In this document: in pieces, positions 11,139 to 20,485 of the stretch
Position numbering within the stretch: position 1 is the first letter of the stretch
How the letters are laid out: each line of letters begins with the position of its first letter
Virus record (IMG/VR): IMGVR_UViG_3300025383_000034
Span: 1 to 50,109 of that record
Direction: 5' to 3' (one strand)
Source of the DNA: a virus
Lineage: Duplodnaviria > Caudoviricetes
DNA: 50,109 nt
Notes under the pieces: model-generated
Database searches by the model: none
Told to the model about the DNA's origin: nothing
Seen by the model: the letters and a program-made list of their open reading frames with translations, nothing else
Made by a program: the position numbers and the translations under genes

Positions 11139-12374
11139 TTAGGAAACGCCCTGGCTTTCTGTATAGAGGCTGCCCTTGGAAGCGCCCGAAGAACCAGAAA
11201 ATTCGTTAACTTCCTGTGCGCGCAAGCGAGCTAAATCTTGCTGAGCCTGAGCTGCGCTCACTCCATTGATATTGGAGTTGAATGTAGCTGCTGTCAAAGC
11301 GTTGCCGATATTGCCAGCGTTCATATTGTATGTGCTAGCAAGCGCTTGCTGCTGGCCAAGTTGAGAACCAATGGTTGTAAATCCTTGAGCTGCCTGCGCT
11401 TGGGTTACACCAGCGGCAGCAAGGGTTGCAGCGTTCTGTTGGTTAAGGGCAAGGTTTTGACGACCTGCTTCGCCTTGAATTTGAGAAGCTTGAACCTTCT
11501 GAGCGATGACGCTAGAGGCTGTAGCTGGGTCAAGAAGGTGACCAATCATGTCACCCTTTGTTAAACCAAAATTCTGCTGAAGCTGTTGCAAAGTGAAAGG
11601 GTCTGTTGCGGTTACAGCTGCTGTAGCAGCATCTACGCGCTGTTGAACTTCAGCTGGAGAAACGTCAGTGCCGATAAGGTTACCCAAGACTGCTGGATCC
11701 ATATGAGCAGCGTCCATGCCTGCACGGGCCATAACTGCCTTGTATGAGTTTTCAGTGCTGATATAGTCAGCTGGAGAAAGCGGCGTAAGGCCAGCCTTTT
11801 CGCGAGCAACGTTGCCAGAAAAGCGAGTATTCCAAGCGTTGGCTAATGCCACAACATTTGGGTCTTTAGAAGACGCAGCGGTTGGGTCTTGGATAAGGTT
11901 CTGAATTGTTGCAGCATCATAATTCTTTTGCTGCAATCCAAGGATAGCGTTTGATATAGCGCCCGTTGGGTCAATGCCATAGCCAGCCAAAGTGGACTGC
12001 AGAAGAGTTAAAGCGTTTTGATTAGTTATCTGCGTGTTGAGCGCAGCTTGACCAGCGGCTGCGTTTTGTCCAGCTTGAAGGGTGTTAATAAGCTTAGTCT
12101 GGTCATCAAGCTGTTTTTGAAGAGCTGTTAATTGAGCCGAATTATCGGTTGGCTTAATGTCATTTCCCGTGCCGCTACTTCCAGCGGTTGAACCTGTCGC
12201 TCCTTGCTTCGCAGGCGCGGCGGCAGATGAGGAAGATGCGGCTGGGGTAGATAGCGCACCAGTATAACCACCAGGCACATAACCATAATTGTTTGCGCTT
12301 GAGGCTGGGATAGCTGAAGATGGCTTTGCAGCTGGCGCAGGAGCGACAGCTCTATCAAGATTTTGATCAAGCAT
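11139..12374 (-). CDS. Probable internal virion (ejection) protein
   Basis: 411 aa, Ala/Gln-rich and helical, in the head module. Confidence 0.55.
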   Translation of the reverse strand: MLDQNLDRAVAPAPAAKPSSAIPASSANNYGYVPGGYTGALSTPAASSSSAAAPAKQGATGSTAGSSGTGNDIKPTDNSAQLTALQKQLDDQTKLINTLQAGQNAAAGQAALNTQITNQNALTLLQSTLAGYGIDPTGAISNAILGLQQKNYDAATIQNLIQDPTAASSKDPNVVALANAWNTRFSGNVAREKAGLTPLSPADYISTENSYKAVMARAGMDAAHMDPAVLGNLIGTDVSPAEVQQRVDAATAAVTATDPFTLQQLQQNFGLTKGDMIGHLLDPATASSVIAQKVQASQIQGEAGRQNLALNQQNAATLAAAGVTQAQAAQGFTTIGSQLGQQQALASTYNMNAGNIGNALTAATFNSNINGVSAAQAQQDLARLRAQEVNEFSGSSGASKGSLYTESQGVS

Positions 12375-14233
12375 TATTGACCCGTCACCAATCCAAAGTT
12401 ACGAAGAAGAGTATTTGCTGTATCCATTAAGCTGTTGCGAGCATTGGTTGTTTGCAACCATTGTGGGTTTTGCTTAACTGATGTAGTAAAAGCATCAAGG
12501 CTAATAGGTGTTGTTCCATCACCTTGAAGCGCCTTTGTAACAGATGCGCCCAAGCCAGTGGTTGCACCAAGGTCAATGGTTGAAGGGTCTACTTCAAGCA
12601 AGTTCGCCGCTGCGTTAAGGTATGGGCTAGCCAAAGCTTGTACGGTTTGGCCTTCTTTGATGCGCTGCGCGAATGGCGCGTACATTGCAATAGCCTGTTG
12701 CTTAATATAGTTTTGCTGCTCTTCAAGGGTAGTATTTCCCTTTTGTACGCCACTGGCTGCATTAGCAAAGTAATCAGTTCCAGTGGCAGCTTGGCCACTG
12801 GTGAGATACTGTGAAGCTACGCCCATTTGGCTTGCATAGCTCTTGAGAGCATCAACGGTTGAACCAAGGGTACCGCCGTACACACCCTGGTCCGTCTTAG
12901 CAAATCCAGTGTGGTTAGCAACATATCTGTCAACGGTTGCCTGGTCTGGCATGTTGTTGTAGAACTGGCTGAAGAATGTATTTACGCCGCTTTTTGTATC
13001 TTTGAAGGCAGCATCAATAGCAGCTGGGTCAATGTTTCCAGCAGCATCTGTTGGCAATGCTGTACCAAAAACTGCTGGATCCAATCCTTGAGCAGTCGCT
13101 GACTGTTGAAGGATTTGAAGCTTGTCGTTGTACTGTTGCCCCCACGCCTGCTTGTTACCATAGTAAGCAAGCTCGCTGTCGCGAATAGACTGACCAATTT
13201 GGTCCCATGGCTTTACGCCAGTTTTTGGGTCAACGTAATTCTGTACAGTATCTGTAAATTTTGTAGCTGACCACTTGCCATCATAGGCTTGCTGAATAAT
13301 GTCGGCCATCCATGGAGTGGCAAGAGCCAATGCTCCGATAGGACCAAGGGTTTGTACAAAAGCAGACTTTGCGGCAGCAGCCTCATCTGGAGTTTGCGGT
13401 CCTGCAACTGGTCGGTTAGCAAGTTCCGCTGCGGTCAAAGGTGTATAAGCCGCTGGTACAGAATCTGTTTTGCTAGAGCTGCTAGATGAGCTTGATGATG
13501 AAGATGATTTTGGGGCAGCTGGCTGTGGCACGGCCGCAGCTTGCTGTTGGTTTTGACTTTCAGCAGCGCCAGCTGGGATGGTTATTCCACCAGGCGTTGT
13601 AGTTGGCTTAACTCCCGCAGCCGCAGCTGTTGTTTTAGCCTTTGCCTCAGCTGCTTGAATTTGGCTATCGTATTGAGAGCCATCTCCGCCCAAGTCAATA
13701 GCGCGCTGCTTTTTTTCATTCAGTGCAGCAAGGTCGCTTTGCGCTTGCTGAGCAGCGGTCTTTGCCTGGTCAGCAGTTTCCTTGCCAGTCTCTGTTGTCT
13801 TTAGGTCATCAAGCTGTTTTTGCAGCGGAGCCATATCAGATGTGGCCTGATCAAACTGAGCTTTAGCTGTATTGTAGCGAGAAGAGCCAACTGGGCTAGA
13901 CTGCATAATTGCAGCGTTGTAATTTCTTGTGCTTTCAAGCTTGTTGATTTGCTCGTTAAGAGTATCTAGCTGAGCGCCAGTATCAGGGGTTGCTGGTGCA
14001 GCTTTAGCTGCAGGCTTTGAAGGGTTAGCAGAATTGATGTAAGCAATAGCTGAATCTTGGCTAGAACCAACGGCAATTTTTGGGTCGGATGACGATACGA
14101 CTTTGCCATCGCGAATGGTGGCAATTTCGTTCTCACCACTCATTAAAACCTGGACTGTGGCAAATGGGCCATAATCCGAATCAAACTTTGTTTGTATGCT
14201 GTAGCCCTTTGGCAAACCTGTTTTATTAGCCAT
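12374..14233 (-). CDS. Probable internal virion (ejection) protein
   Basis: 619 aa, coiled coil, poly-Ser linker. Confidence 0.55.
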   Translation of the reverse strand: MANKTGLPKGYSIQTKFDSDYGPFATVQVLMSGENEIATIRDGKVVSSSDPKIAVGSSQDSAIAYINSANPSKPAAKAAPATPDTGAQLDTLNEQINKLESTRNYNAAIMQSSPVGSSRYNTAKAQFDQATSDMAPLQKQLDDLKTTETGKETADQAKTAAQQAQSDLAALNEKKQRAIDLGGDGSQYDSQIQAAEAKAKTTAAAAGVKPTTTPGGITIPAGAAESQNQQQAAAVPQPAAPKSSSSSSSSSSSSKTDSVPAAYTPLTAAELANRPVAGPQTPDEAAAAKSAFVQTLGPIGALALATPWMADIIQQAYDGKWSATKFTDTVQNYVDPKTGVKPWDQIGQSIRDSELAYYGNKQAWGQQYNDKLQILQQSATAQGLDPAVFGTALPTDAAGNIDPAAIDAAFKDTKSGVNTFFSQFYNNMPDQATVDRYVANHTGFAKTDQGVYGGTLGSTVDALKSYASQMGVASQYLTSGQAATGTDYFANAASGVQKGNTTLEEQQNYIKQQAIAMYAPFAQRIKEGQTVQALASPYLNAAANLLEVDPSTIDLGATTGLGASVTKALQGDGTTPISLDAFTTSVKQNPQWLQTTNARNSLMDTANTLLRNFGLVTGQ

Positions 14234-14717
14234 TGAAACTTCCCTTGTACGAATCTGCCAAGTTGGACAATGCGCCCATGTATGTATTCATAATGTTGTA
14301 TTGGCTAGCTTCTGCCGTTCCACGCACAATGTTGGAGATAAAGGAAGCTGCATCTACTCCGCTGCTAACCTGGCTACCTGTAATATCTGCGCGTTTTCCA
14401 GTTGGGCCATAGCTAGTAGTTTCGCTAAATCTGCCAGGGTTGGCAGCTTCAGCTGCAAGAAGCTCTTGACCGTACTGAGCAATCTCAGCAGCAGTGGCGT
14501 TACGGCCAACGAGTTGCTGCATAGTTGCGTTGATAACGGCAGTAATGTCTGGTTGCGAGGTTTGAGTGGTGCTGGTGGTATTAGTATAAGTCTTCATGTT
14601 AGCATAAAGATTTGTACTTGCTGCCCCAGCTGCGGCGGCGTTCCAGCTAATTGCTGGAGTAGAACCAGTGTTGCCCGTTGTACTGGTTGTGCTAGTGGTT
14701 TTAGTAGTATCACTCAT
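14226..14717 (-). CDS. Hypothetical virion protein
   Basis: 163 aa, Thr-rich, coupled to its neighbours. Confidence 0.6.
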   Translation of the reverse strand: MSDTTKTTSTTSTTGNTGSTPAISWNAAAAGAASTNLYANMKTYTNTTSTTQTSQPDITAVINATMQQLVGRNATAAEIAQYGQELLAAEAANPGRFSETTSYGPTGKRADITGSQVSSGVDAASFISNIVRGTAEASQYNIMNTYMGALSNLADSYKGSFNG

Positions 14718-17700
14718 TAGAGCTTAGCCACCACCTTCCTGAATACTCCGTTGACAACATTGACAAGATTAGGGTTTTGAGCAGACACTTGATCCAAGTA
14801 GGTATTCCACTGGTCTAGCAATGCCGAGTGCATTGGTGTTGCCTTACCATTGATAATGGTTGCGTCTAGCTGAGGCTTAAAATCTTTATAGTTATTTAGC
14901 AAATCGTTAATGCCCTGTGATTGTGGGTCATTAGGCATTTTGCCTTCTTTTTGGATTTTGAGCAAAGCATCCATTGCCAAGTTGGCATTGACTACGCGGG
15001 TTGTGCCTGAGTAATCATTAAACCAAATGGGGTTACGCAATCCATAGTTTGCAGTAAATTGCTTCCACATTGCAGCACCTTGGCCAAGAGCGTAGGTGTT
15101 GTTTGTGGCGCGAGCATTGGCCATGTACTTCTGATAATCAGCATAGTCTGCGCCAATATCAGCCCATCCCTTTGCGATGTAAATAGCGTTCATAAAATCG
15201 CTTGGAGTGCGCTTTGAGCGAAGATGCTCTGCAAGCAATTCATTCTCAATCTTAGCTACATTGCCGCCTTGTGTATTTTGCGGGATGAGGTAAGCTGCTC
15301 CAGCTGCTAGAGCTGGGTCATTGATAAGTCCAGTGTTGTTCTTCAGCCAAGAAATTGTAGTATCTGACAATGGAACATTTGCTCCGCCAGTATCCTGGCT
15401 AGTAGCAGACACTGTATATGAAACTGCTTTACTGCCATGCTCTTCCAAGAACTTTGGCAAAGCTTGCTGCATGGTCAATCCCAAGCCGCCTTGAGCTACT
15501 GGCTTGAGCATGTTCAAAAACTCTGAACGGAATGACTGCAAATTCTTGGTGTAGTAATCGTTTGTCACGTTTGGTGACAATGGCAAGAAGAACGAGAAAA
15601 CGCCCTTGATAATCAAGTTTGACTTTGCGTTAGCATAAATCTTATCCATGATTTGCTGCTGCTCAAAAGCTGGGCGAGCTGCAAAATCTTCTGGAATTTG
15701 ACCACTGGCATATCCAGCGGCAATAGCAGAAGTGATGGAGTTAGCAACGTTCGTTTGCTTCTGATCCATGGTCATGCTATCCCAGATGTTACGCATGGAA
15801 GCGTTAGGGAACATAGCCTCTGTCAGTGTCTTTGGTGGGTAACCACCGCTGGCTGCATCGGATAGCGCAGTAAATACTGGGAAGCGCTTAGCCAGCTGCT
15901 CTAGAGCAATGTTGGCAAATGTGCCAGTTCCTGGCATTTTTATGTCAGGAAGAACTGTCAGCAAAGATGAGGTATTTCCACTAACAGACTCTGGCAAGCC
16001 AGACATTGAGTTAATGCCAAGGGCTTGAAGGCCGCGCAACATATTGTTTCCTACTTCACCAAGCAAAGGATAAACAATGTACTTGTTTCCATTAGCATCG
16101 GTGTGTACAAAACCAGGGTTATTTATGCCATGGTTAATCATCTGAAAGTCACGAAACGCCTGTGGGTTAGATGTGACCAAACGACCAACACGCTTGAGGG
16201 CCTGCTCTTGTGCAAAGTAGAACGGCATAAGGTTACGGTGCAATACCGCAAACTGAGAGCGCAACTGAGGGTTGTGAATCGTAGGCAGCATGTTTTCTGT
16301 ACCACGAAGCGCAGCTAATCTAACAGCCTCATCCTCATCAATCAATCCCAATGCCTTCATAGTGTCAGCTTCGCGCAAGGCTTGGCTGTAGAAGTGTGCG
16401 AACAATGGCTGGCGAGAGAGAAAATCCATGACTGGATTTACGGCAGTGCGAAAGCCAACATCTTGGACTTTCTGCATAATGTTGTCAAGGCTCGGACGTG
16501 CCTTGCGGCCCAGCACAACTGCTGGCCAGCTAGCGTTATTCAAGTCCTTCATATCTTCTACATATGTCTTATTGCCATTGGCGACATTGCGAAGAAATGC
16601 TGTATGTGTAGTGCCGTCTGCGCCTTGAACCATGCCACGCATGTGTTGGATTTGAGCAGCCGCAAAAGACTCTGGAGTAGCACGGCTTAGACCATCCATG
16701 CTGGTGCGATATTCTTGATAAGTTGTCTTATCTGCAATGCGCGCAGTATGAAGTTCTTGCACCTTTGCCCAAATTTGGTCAGCTTTTAAGCCTGGATTGA
16801 GCTTAGCCTGACGCAAAAAGTCCGCGGCAATGTCCTGGTGAAATTCACTATTTGCAGCCTTCTGCAAGTTCTGTGCCCAGTACTGCTTAAAGTGTGGGTC
16901 TGTCTGGCTTAAGCCAGCAAGTTCTTCTCCTGGACGCTTGCTGCGGCCAAAAGCTTGAATGAACTGATCCACATTGTCAAAAGCCGCAGCTTCCGCTGAA
17001 GCACCGTGGTCTGCCGCAATGCCAGCTGGTATGCCTTCGCTTCCTATTGAAGCATGCAGACGAGCAAGGTCATCAATCTTTTGACGCACTGAGTAAGGTG
17101 CAATCTTTGAAGAAGCAAACTTATCAGCAAGCCAGCCCACTGGATGAACCTTTGCCTTCAAATCTACGACAGATTTGATAGCGCTGTTGTAGCTAGCTGT
17201 TGAGCCAGAAGCTTTAATGGCTCCTTGCACAAGAGTCTTAAAGCCCTTTTCGCGTTCTGCTAATTCCTTGGTAACAGCGTTTTCATTTACCATGTCATTT
17301 GGCTTGTCAGCGACTGCAAGTTCTTCTGGAGTAAGCGCCTGAGTAATAGCGTCAGTAGTTTTGACTAGCTCTGGGCCAGACTTAAAGTGCGCGCCTTGAT
17401 ACTTTTCAGCCGATGAAGCAACAACGTTTCTTAGGTAGTCACCAAGACCACGACGAATAACCTGATGCAGCGCTTCTGCGCCAGCTACGCGCAAACCAAA
17501 TCCTGTTGAAAGCAGAGTCAGCGGAGCAAAGATGCGGTTGGTATAGTGCGTGAAAAAGTCATCCGCATGGTTGTACAAAATGCCGTAAGCTTTTGTAGCA
17601 CGAATAGCTTGGTGCATGGACTTTAAATCCATCATTGAGCCAAGATAGCGCTGTGAAGGGTCAAGAGCAGCGTTAACGGCATTGCCGTCAGCATCGACCA

Positions 17701-19540
17701 TATGGCCTAGTGGCTTACCGTCAAGAAAGCCGTACACGCCATTGGTAACTTCATCACCAAAGGTAGCGCGATGAACTTGTGAAAGTATCTTGTTGAGCAT
17801 GCCAGCTTCGTCAGGAAGGCCAGCCGCCTTGAGTACTTCTACCTGAGCGCCACGCAAAAGCGCTCTGCGCTCACCATCATCAGCTGCGGTCATTACCTTA
17901 GCGGCGTATTCTTTAGCCACATCTGAAGGCATAGCATAATTCAAAAGGTTATAGACAGTAACGCCAGCATTAGGATCGCGAAAGTCAATCTTTTCGCCAG
18001 TCTGCTTCATCAAGTCTTGGTTCATGGACAAAGCCTTCATGCCAGTAAAGGTGCGAACCTTTGCTGCCAATGCGTTCATCACATTGTTCTTTAGCTCTGT
18101 ACCGTTCTTAGCCATCCATACTGGCGTGTTAATCTTTGTGATAACTTCGCCGTTAGCATCGGTGGCTGCTGTCAGAACAGGCATGCCAAACTGGTTAATC
18201 TGCTGACGCATAACTGGATTACCAGCTTCGTCAAGCACCACATTGCCGTTTTCGTCAAGCGTCTGTTCCATCTTTGGAACCATGACGGTTGAGCGCTTAG
18301 GAACAAGAAAGTTCTTTTGCTCATTAAGAGTCGTTGCCTGTGTGCTGGAGCGAATACGCTCAGCCCCCCAGCGGTCAGAGAAAATCTTGCCCAGTGTGCG
18401 AGTAGGCAGCACCAATGCGCCAGTTGGCTTGGCAGCTTGTGCAAACTCATTGGAGTACATAGACTTGCCAAGCACGTTCAGTACTTCAGGTTCAGTCTTG
18501 GCTGCAGCTAAAGCGTTGGCCAATGGCGTGGTGATATTCGACTCTTTGTAGCGAACCTGAATATCGATGGGGTTATCCATGCTAGCAATGTCTTTAACCG
18601 CACCGCGGAACTGCCAGTTAAAAGTATTGTTGTAAGCATCCATCAAGTCAGCGCTAGAATTAACCTTTGGCGCTACGCTCTTGAGGAAAGACTCAACAGA
18701 AGGTGCGCGTGATGCAATAGGAAGAGTTGCCTTAACAATAGGCAAGCCGCTTTCGTCACGCATGACGGAACCATCTGGGTTTTTAGCTTCAGCTAAGTAC
18801 GATCCGTTCTTTACTTTGCCATAAATCTTGCCAACCTTGGCGATTGGGTCAGCGCTAAAGTCAAAAGAAGCGTCTGCAATACCAGAAACAAACTGACCAA
18901 ATCCTTGATTTGTGTTTGCCAGCGTGCCAAATCCTGGAATGTTGGAAAGACCATGAGCCAAATCGCGACCAAACGAAACGTTATAGTTAGGGTCGTTGGA
19001 CTTATTGAGCGAATCTTTGAAGCTAGGAATAACACGACCAAGGATGTTGCGCTCAAGAGCGCCAGCTGCTGTTGCTCCTAATACTGTTCCTTCTGGACCA
19101 AGTATTGTTCCCAGCGTTCCGCCAGCAATAACGCCAAGCGTTCCTAGAATACCAGCTGCTGGGCCGTGGTCCGCCCAAAGGCTATGAATAAACTTGTAAT
19201 CTTTTTGAACTTCTTGCAAAGGCTTGCTAGCCCAGTTTGCCAAAGTTCCAATAACGGGGGCTTTTCCGATAAAGCCAGTGACAGCACCAGCAACATCTTT
19301 TACGTCGGTCAGGATGCTATTAAACCATCCATGCGAACTGTAAGTGTTGAGGTGTGTGTTGACAGCATTTGCGGTCTGGGCAACAGAATCAGTTGCGCCA
19401 AGAGCGTTAGCTGTTGTTGGGTTGCCAGAAGCAATGGCGGCAGCTTTTACGCTAGCGTCTGCGCGAGGGTACGAATTAGCAATCTGGTTGGCCAAATCAA
19501 TGGATCCACCAGATGAAGGTAGCGGTGTAGTTTGTGACAT
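14717..19540 (-). CDS. Large internal virion/DNA ejection protein (1607 aa)
   Basis: Size, helical composition, and a glycine-zipper hydrophobic segment AAGILGTLGVIAGGTLGTILG. Confidence 0.6.
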   Translation of the reverse strand: MSQTTPLPSSGGSIDLANQIANSYPRADASVKAAAIASGNPTTANALGATDSVAQTANAVNTHLNTYSSHGWFNSILTDVKDVAGAVTGFIGKAPVIGTLANWASKPLQEVQKDYKFIHSLWADHGPAAGILGTLGVIAGGTLGTILGPEGTVLGATAAGALERNILGRVIPSFKDSLNKSNDPNYNVSFGRDLAHGLSNIPGFGTLANTNQGFGQFVSGIADASFDFSADPIAKVGKIYGKVKNGSYLAEAKNPDGSVMRDESGLPIVKATLPIASRAPSVESFLKSVAPKVNSSADLMDAYNNTFNWQFRGAVKDIASMDNPIDIQVRYKESNITTPLANALAAAKTEPEVLNVLGKSMYSNEFAQAAKPTGALVLPTRTLGKIFSDRWGAERIRSSTQATTLNEQKNFLVPKRSTVMVPKMEQTLDENGNVVLDEAGNPVMRQQINQFGMPVLTAATDANGEVITKINTPVWMAKNGTELKNNVMNALAAKVRTFTGMKALSMNQDLMKQTGEKIDFRDPNAGVTVYNLLNYAMPSDVAKEYAAKVMTAADDGERRALLRGAQVEVLKAAGLPDEAGMLNKILSQVHRATFGDEVTNGVYGFLDGKPLGHMVDADGNAVNAALDPSQRYLGSMMDLKSMHQAIRATKAYGILYNHADDFFTHYTNRIFAPLTLLSTGFGLRVAGAEALHQVIRRGLGDYLRNVVASSAEKYQGAHFKSGPELVKTTDAITQALTPEELAVADKPNDMVNENAVTKELAEREKGFKTLVQGAIKASGSTASYNSAIKSVVDLKAKVHPVGWLADKFASSKIAPYSVRQKIDDLARLHASIGSEGIPAGIAADHGASAEAAAFDNVDQFIQAFGRSKRPGEELAGLSQTDPHFKQYWAQNLQKAANSEFHQDIAADFLRQAKLNPGLKADQIWAKVQELHTARIADKTTYQEYRTSMDGLSRATPESFAAAQIQHMRGMVQGADGTTHTAFLRNVANGNKTYVEDMKDLNNASWPAVVLGRKARPSLDNIMQKVQDVGFRTAVNPVMDFLSRQPLFAHFYSQALREADTMKALGLIDEDEAVRLAALRGTENMLPTIHNPQLRSQFAVLHRNLMPFYFAQEQALKRVGRLVTSNPQAFRDFQMINHGINNPGFVHTDANGNKYIVYPLLGEVGNNMLRGLQALGINSMSGLPESVSGNTSSLLTVLPDIKMPGTGTFANIALEQLAKRFPVFTALSDAASGGYPPKTLTEAMFPNASMRNIWDSMTMDQKQTNVANSITSAIAAGYASGQIPEDFAARPAFEQQQIMDKIYANAKSNLIIKGVFSFFLPLSPNVTNDYYTKNLQSFRSEFLNMLKPVAQGGLGLTMQQALPKFLEEHGSKAVSYTVSATSQDTGGANVPLSDTTISWLKNNTGLINDPALAAGAAYLIPQNTQGGNVAKIENELLAEHLRSKRTPSDFMNAIYIAKGWADIGADYADYQKYMANARATNNTYALGQGAAMWKQFTANYGLRNPIWFNDYSGTTRVVNANLAMDALLKIQKEGKMPNDPQSQGINDLLNNYKDFKPQLDATIINGKATPMHSALLDQWNTYLDQVSAQNPNLVNVVNGVFRKVVAKL

Positions 19541-19543
19541 AAA

Positions 19544-20029
19544 CTACTTTCCTAATAATGTTGCTAAACGCTGCAATGCTGGAGAAGCGTCTGGATGCAT
19601 AGCTGCTGATTGAACAACTTGCTTGGCAGATGCTCCAGGGGTAATAACCTGTCCTGGTTGAATACCAATGGCAGATAGTCCTGCACCAGCTCCAGTTGCT
19701 GCACCAGTAGTGACTGGCTCATTTGGGCGCTGTGTAGGGGCAGTCAATGGAACAACTGGTGGTTGTTGTGGCTGCGCTGGTTGTTGCTGTTGCTGTGCCG
19801 CCTGAGCCATCTGAGATGGCGATGTTGGGCGTGGAGATGGCGTAGCAGCCATCGGGGCACCGCCTTGGATCTGCATCATGTCTGTACCGTCGCCGTAATT
19901 AGGCATGCCAGATACATAACGCATTGCTTGCTTAGATGCAGGTCCGCCATCGGTGCGTTGGCTTAATGAGCCTGGGCCAGATTGCATAGCTGGTTTAGCT
20001 GGAGCTTGGTAGCCGCCTTTGCCTGCCAT
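19544..20029 (-). CDS. Pro/Gln/Gly-rich virion-module protein
   Basis: GAGGGTGAG RBS; SGPGSLSQRTD motif. Confidence 0.7.
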   Translation of the reverse strand: MAGKGGYQAPAKPAMQSGPGSLSQRTDGGPASKQAMRYVSGMPNYGDGTDMMQIQGGAPMAATPSPRPTSPSQMAQAAQQQQQPAQPQQPPVVPLTAPTQRPNEPVTTGAATGAGAGLSAIGIQPGQVITPGASAKQVVQSAAMHPDASPALQRLATLLGK

Positions 20030-20031
20030 AT

Positions 20032-20250
20032 TTACTCACCCTCTGTAATAGTCTCAATGGTACGGACAACATCATCGTGAAAAGCCCTGCGGCTAGCCAC
20101 GACATTTGCTTGATGTAAGAACACTTGCTCCATTACATCAAAAAACTTGGTAAAGCTAAGGACTAAATCCTTAATGAGATGGGTAAAGACAGCGACTACA
20201 TCCCAGAATGTAATCGGTTCATAAAACGCGTCGCTGTCTTCGTTATCCAA
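20032..20250 (-). CDS. Hypothetical protein
   Basis: 72 aa with TTG start; fills the operon gap. Confidence 0.55.
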   Translation of the reverse strand: MDNEDSDAFYEPITFWDVVAVFTHLIKDLVLSFTKFFDVMEQVFLHQANVVASRRAFHDDVVRTIETITEGE

Positions 20251-20253
20251 TTT

Positions 20254-20445
20254 TTACTTAGCGCCCTTGCTTGAACCTTTGGTTCCTGCTGGTTGTACGC
20301 TGTACTTAATGTCAGACTTGCCAGTCTTTGCTGGGCCAGCCTTCTTCTGGATTTTTACGCCTTGTGTAACAGCAGCAGATGAACCGTGTCCACCTTGCAA
20401 TGCTGGCTTTGGAACAGATGCTCCGAGCTTTGATTTTGTTGCCAT
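20254..20445 (-). CDS. Small basic protein (63 aa)
   Basis: TAGGAG RBS before MATKSKLG; Lys/Gly-rich. Confidence 0.7.
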   Translation of the reverse strand: MATKSKLGASVPKPALQGGHGSSAAVTQGVKIQKKAGPAKTGKSDIKYSVQPAGTKGSSKGAK

Positions 20446-20485
20446 TGTTATTCTCCTATAGGGATTGGTTATCTCGCCAGTAACG

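Noticed and set aside
14717-19540. Virion RNA polymerase or tape measure identity for the 1607 aa protein
   Set aside because: No polymerase catalytic motif was seen, and no tail tube or chaperone genes flank it.
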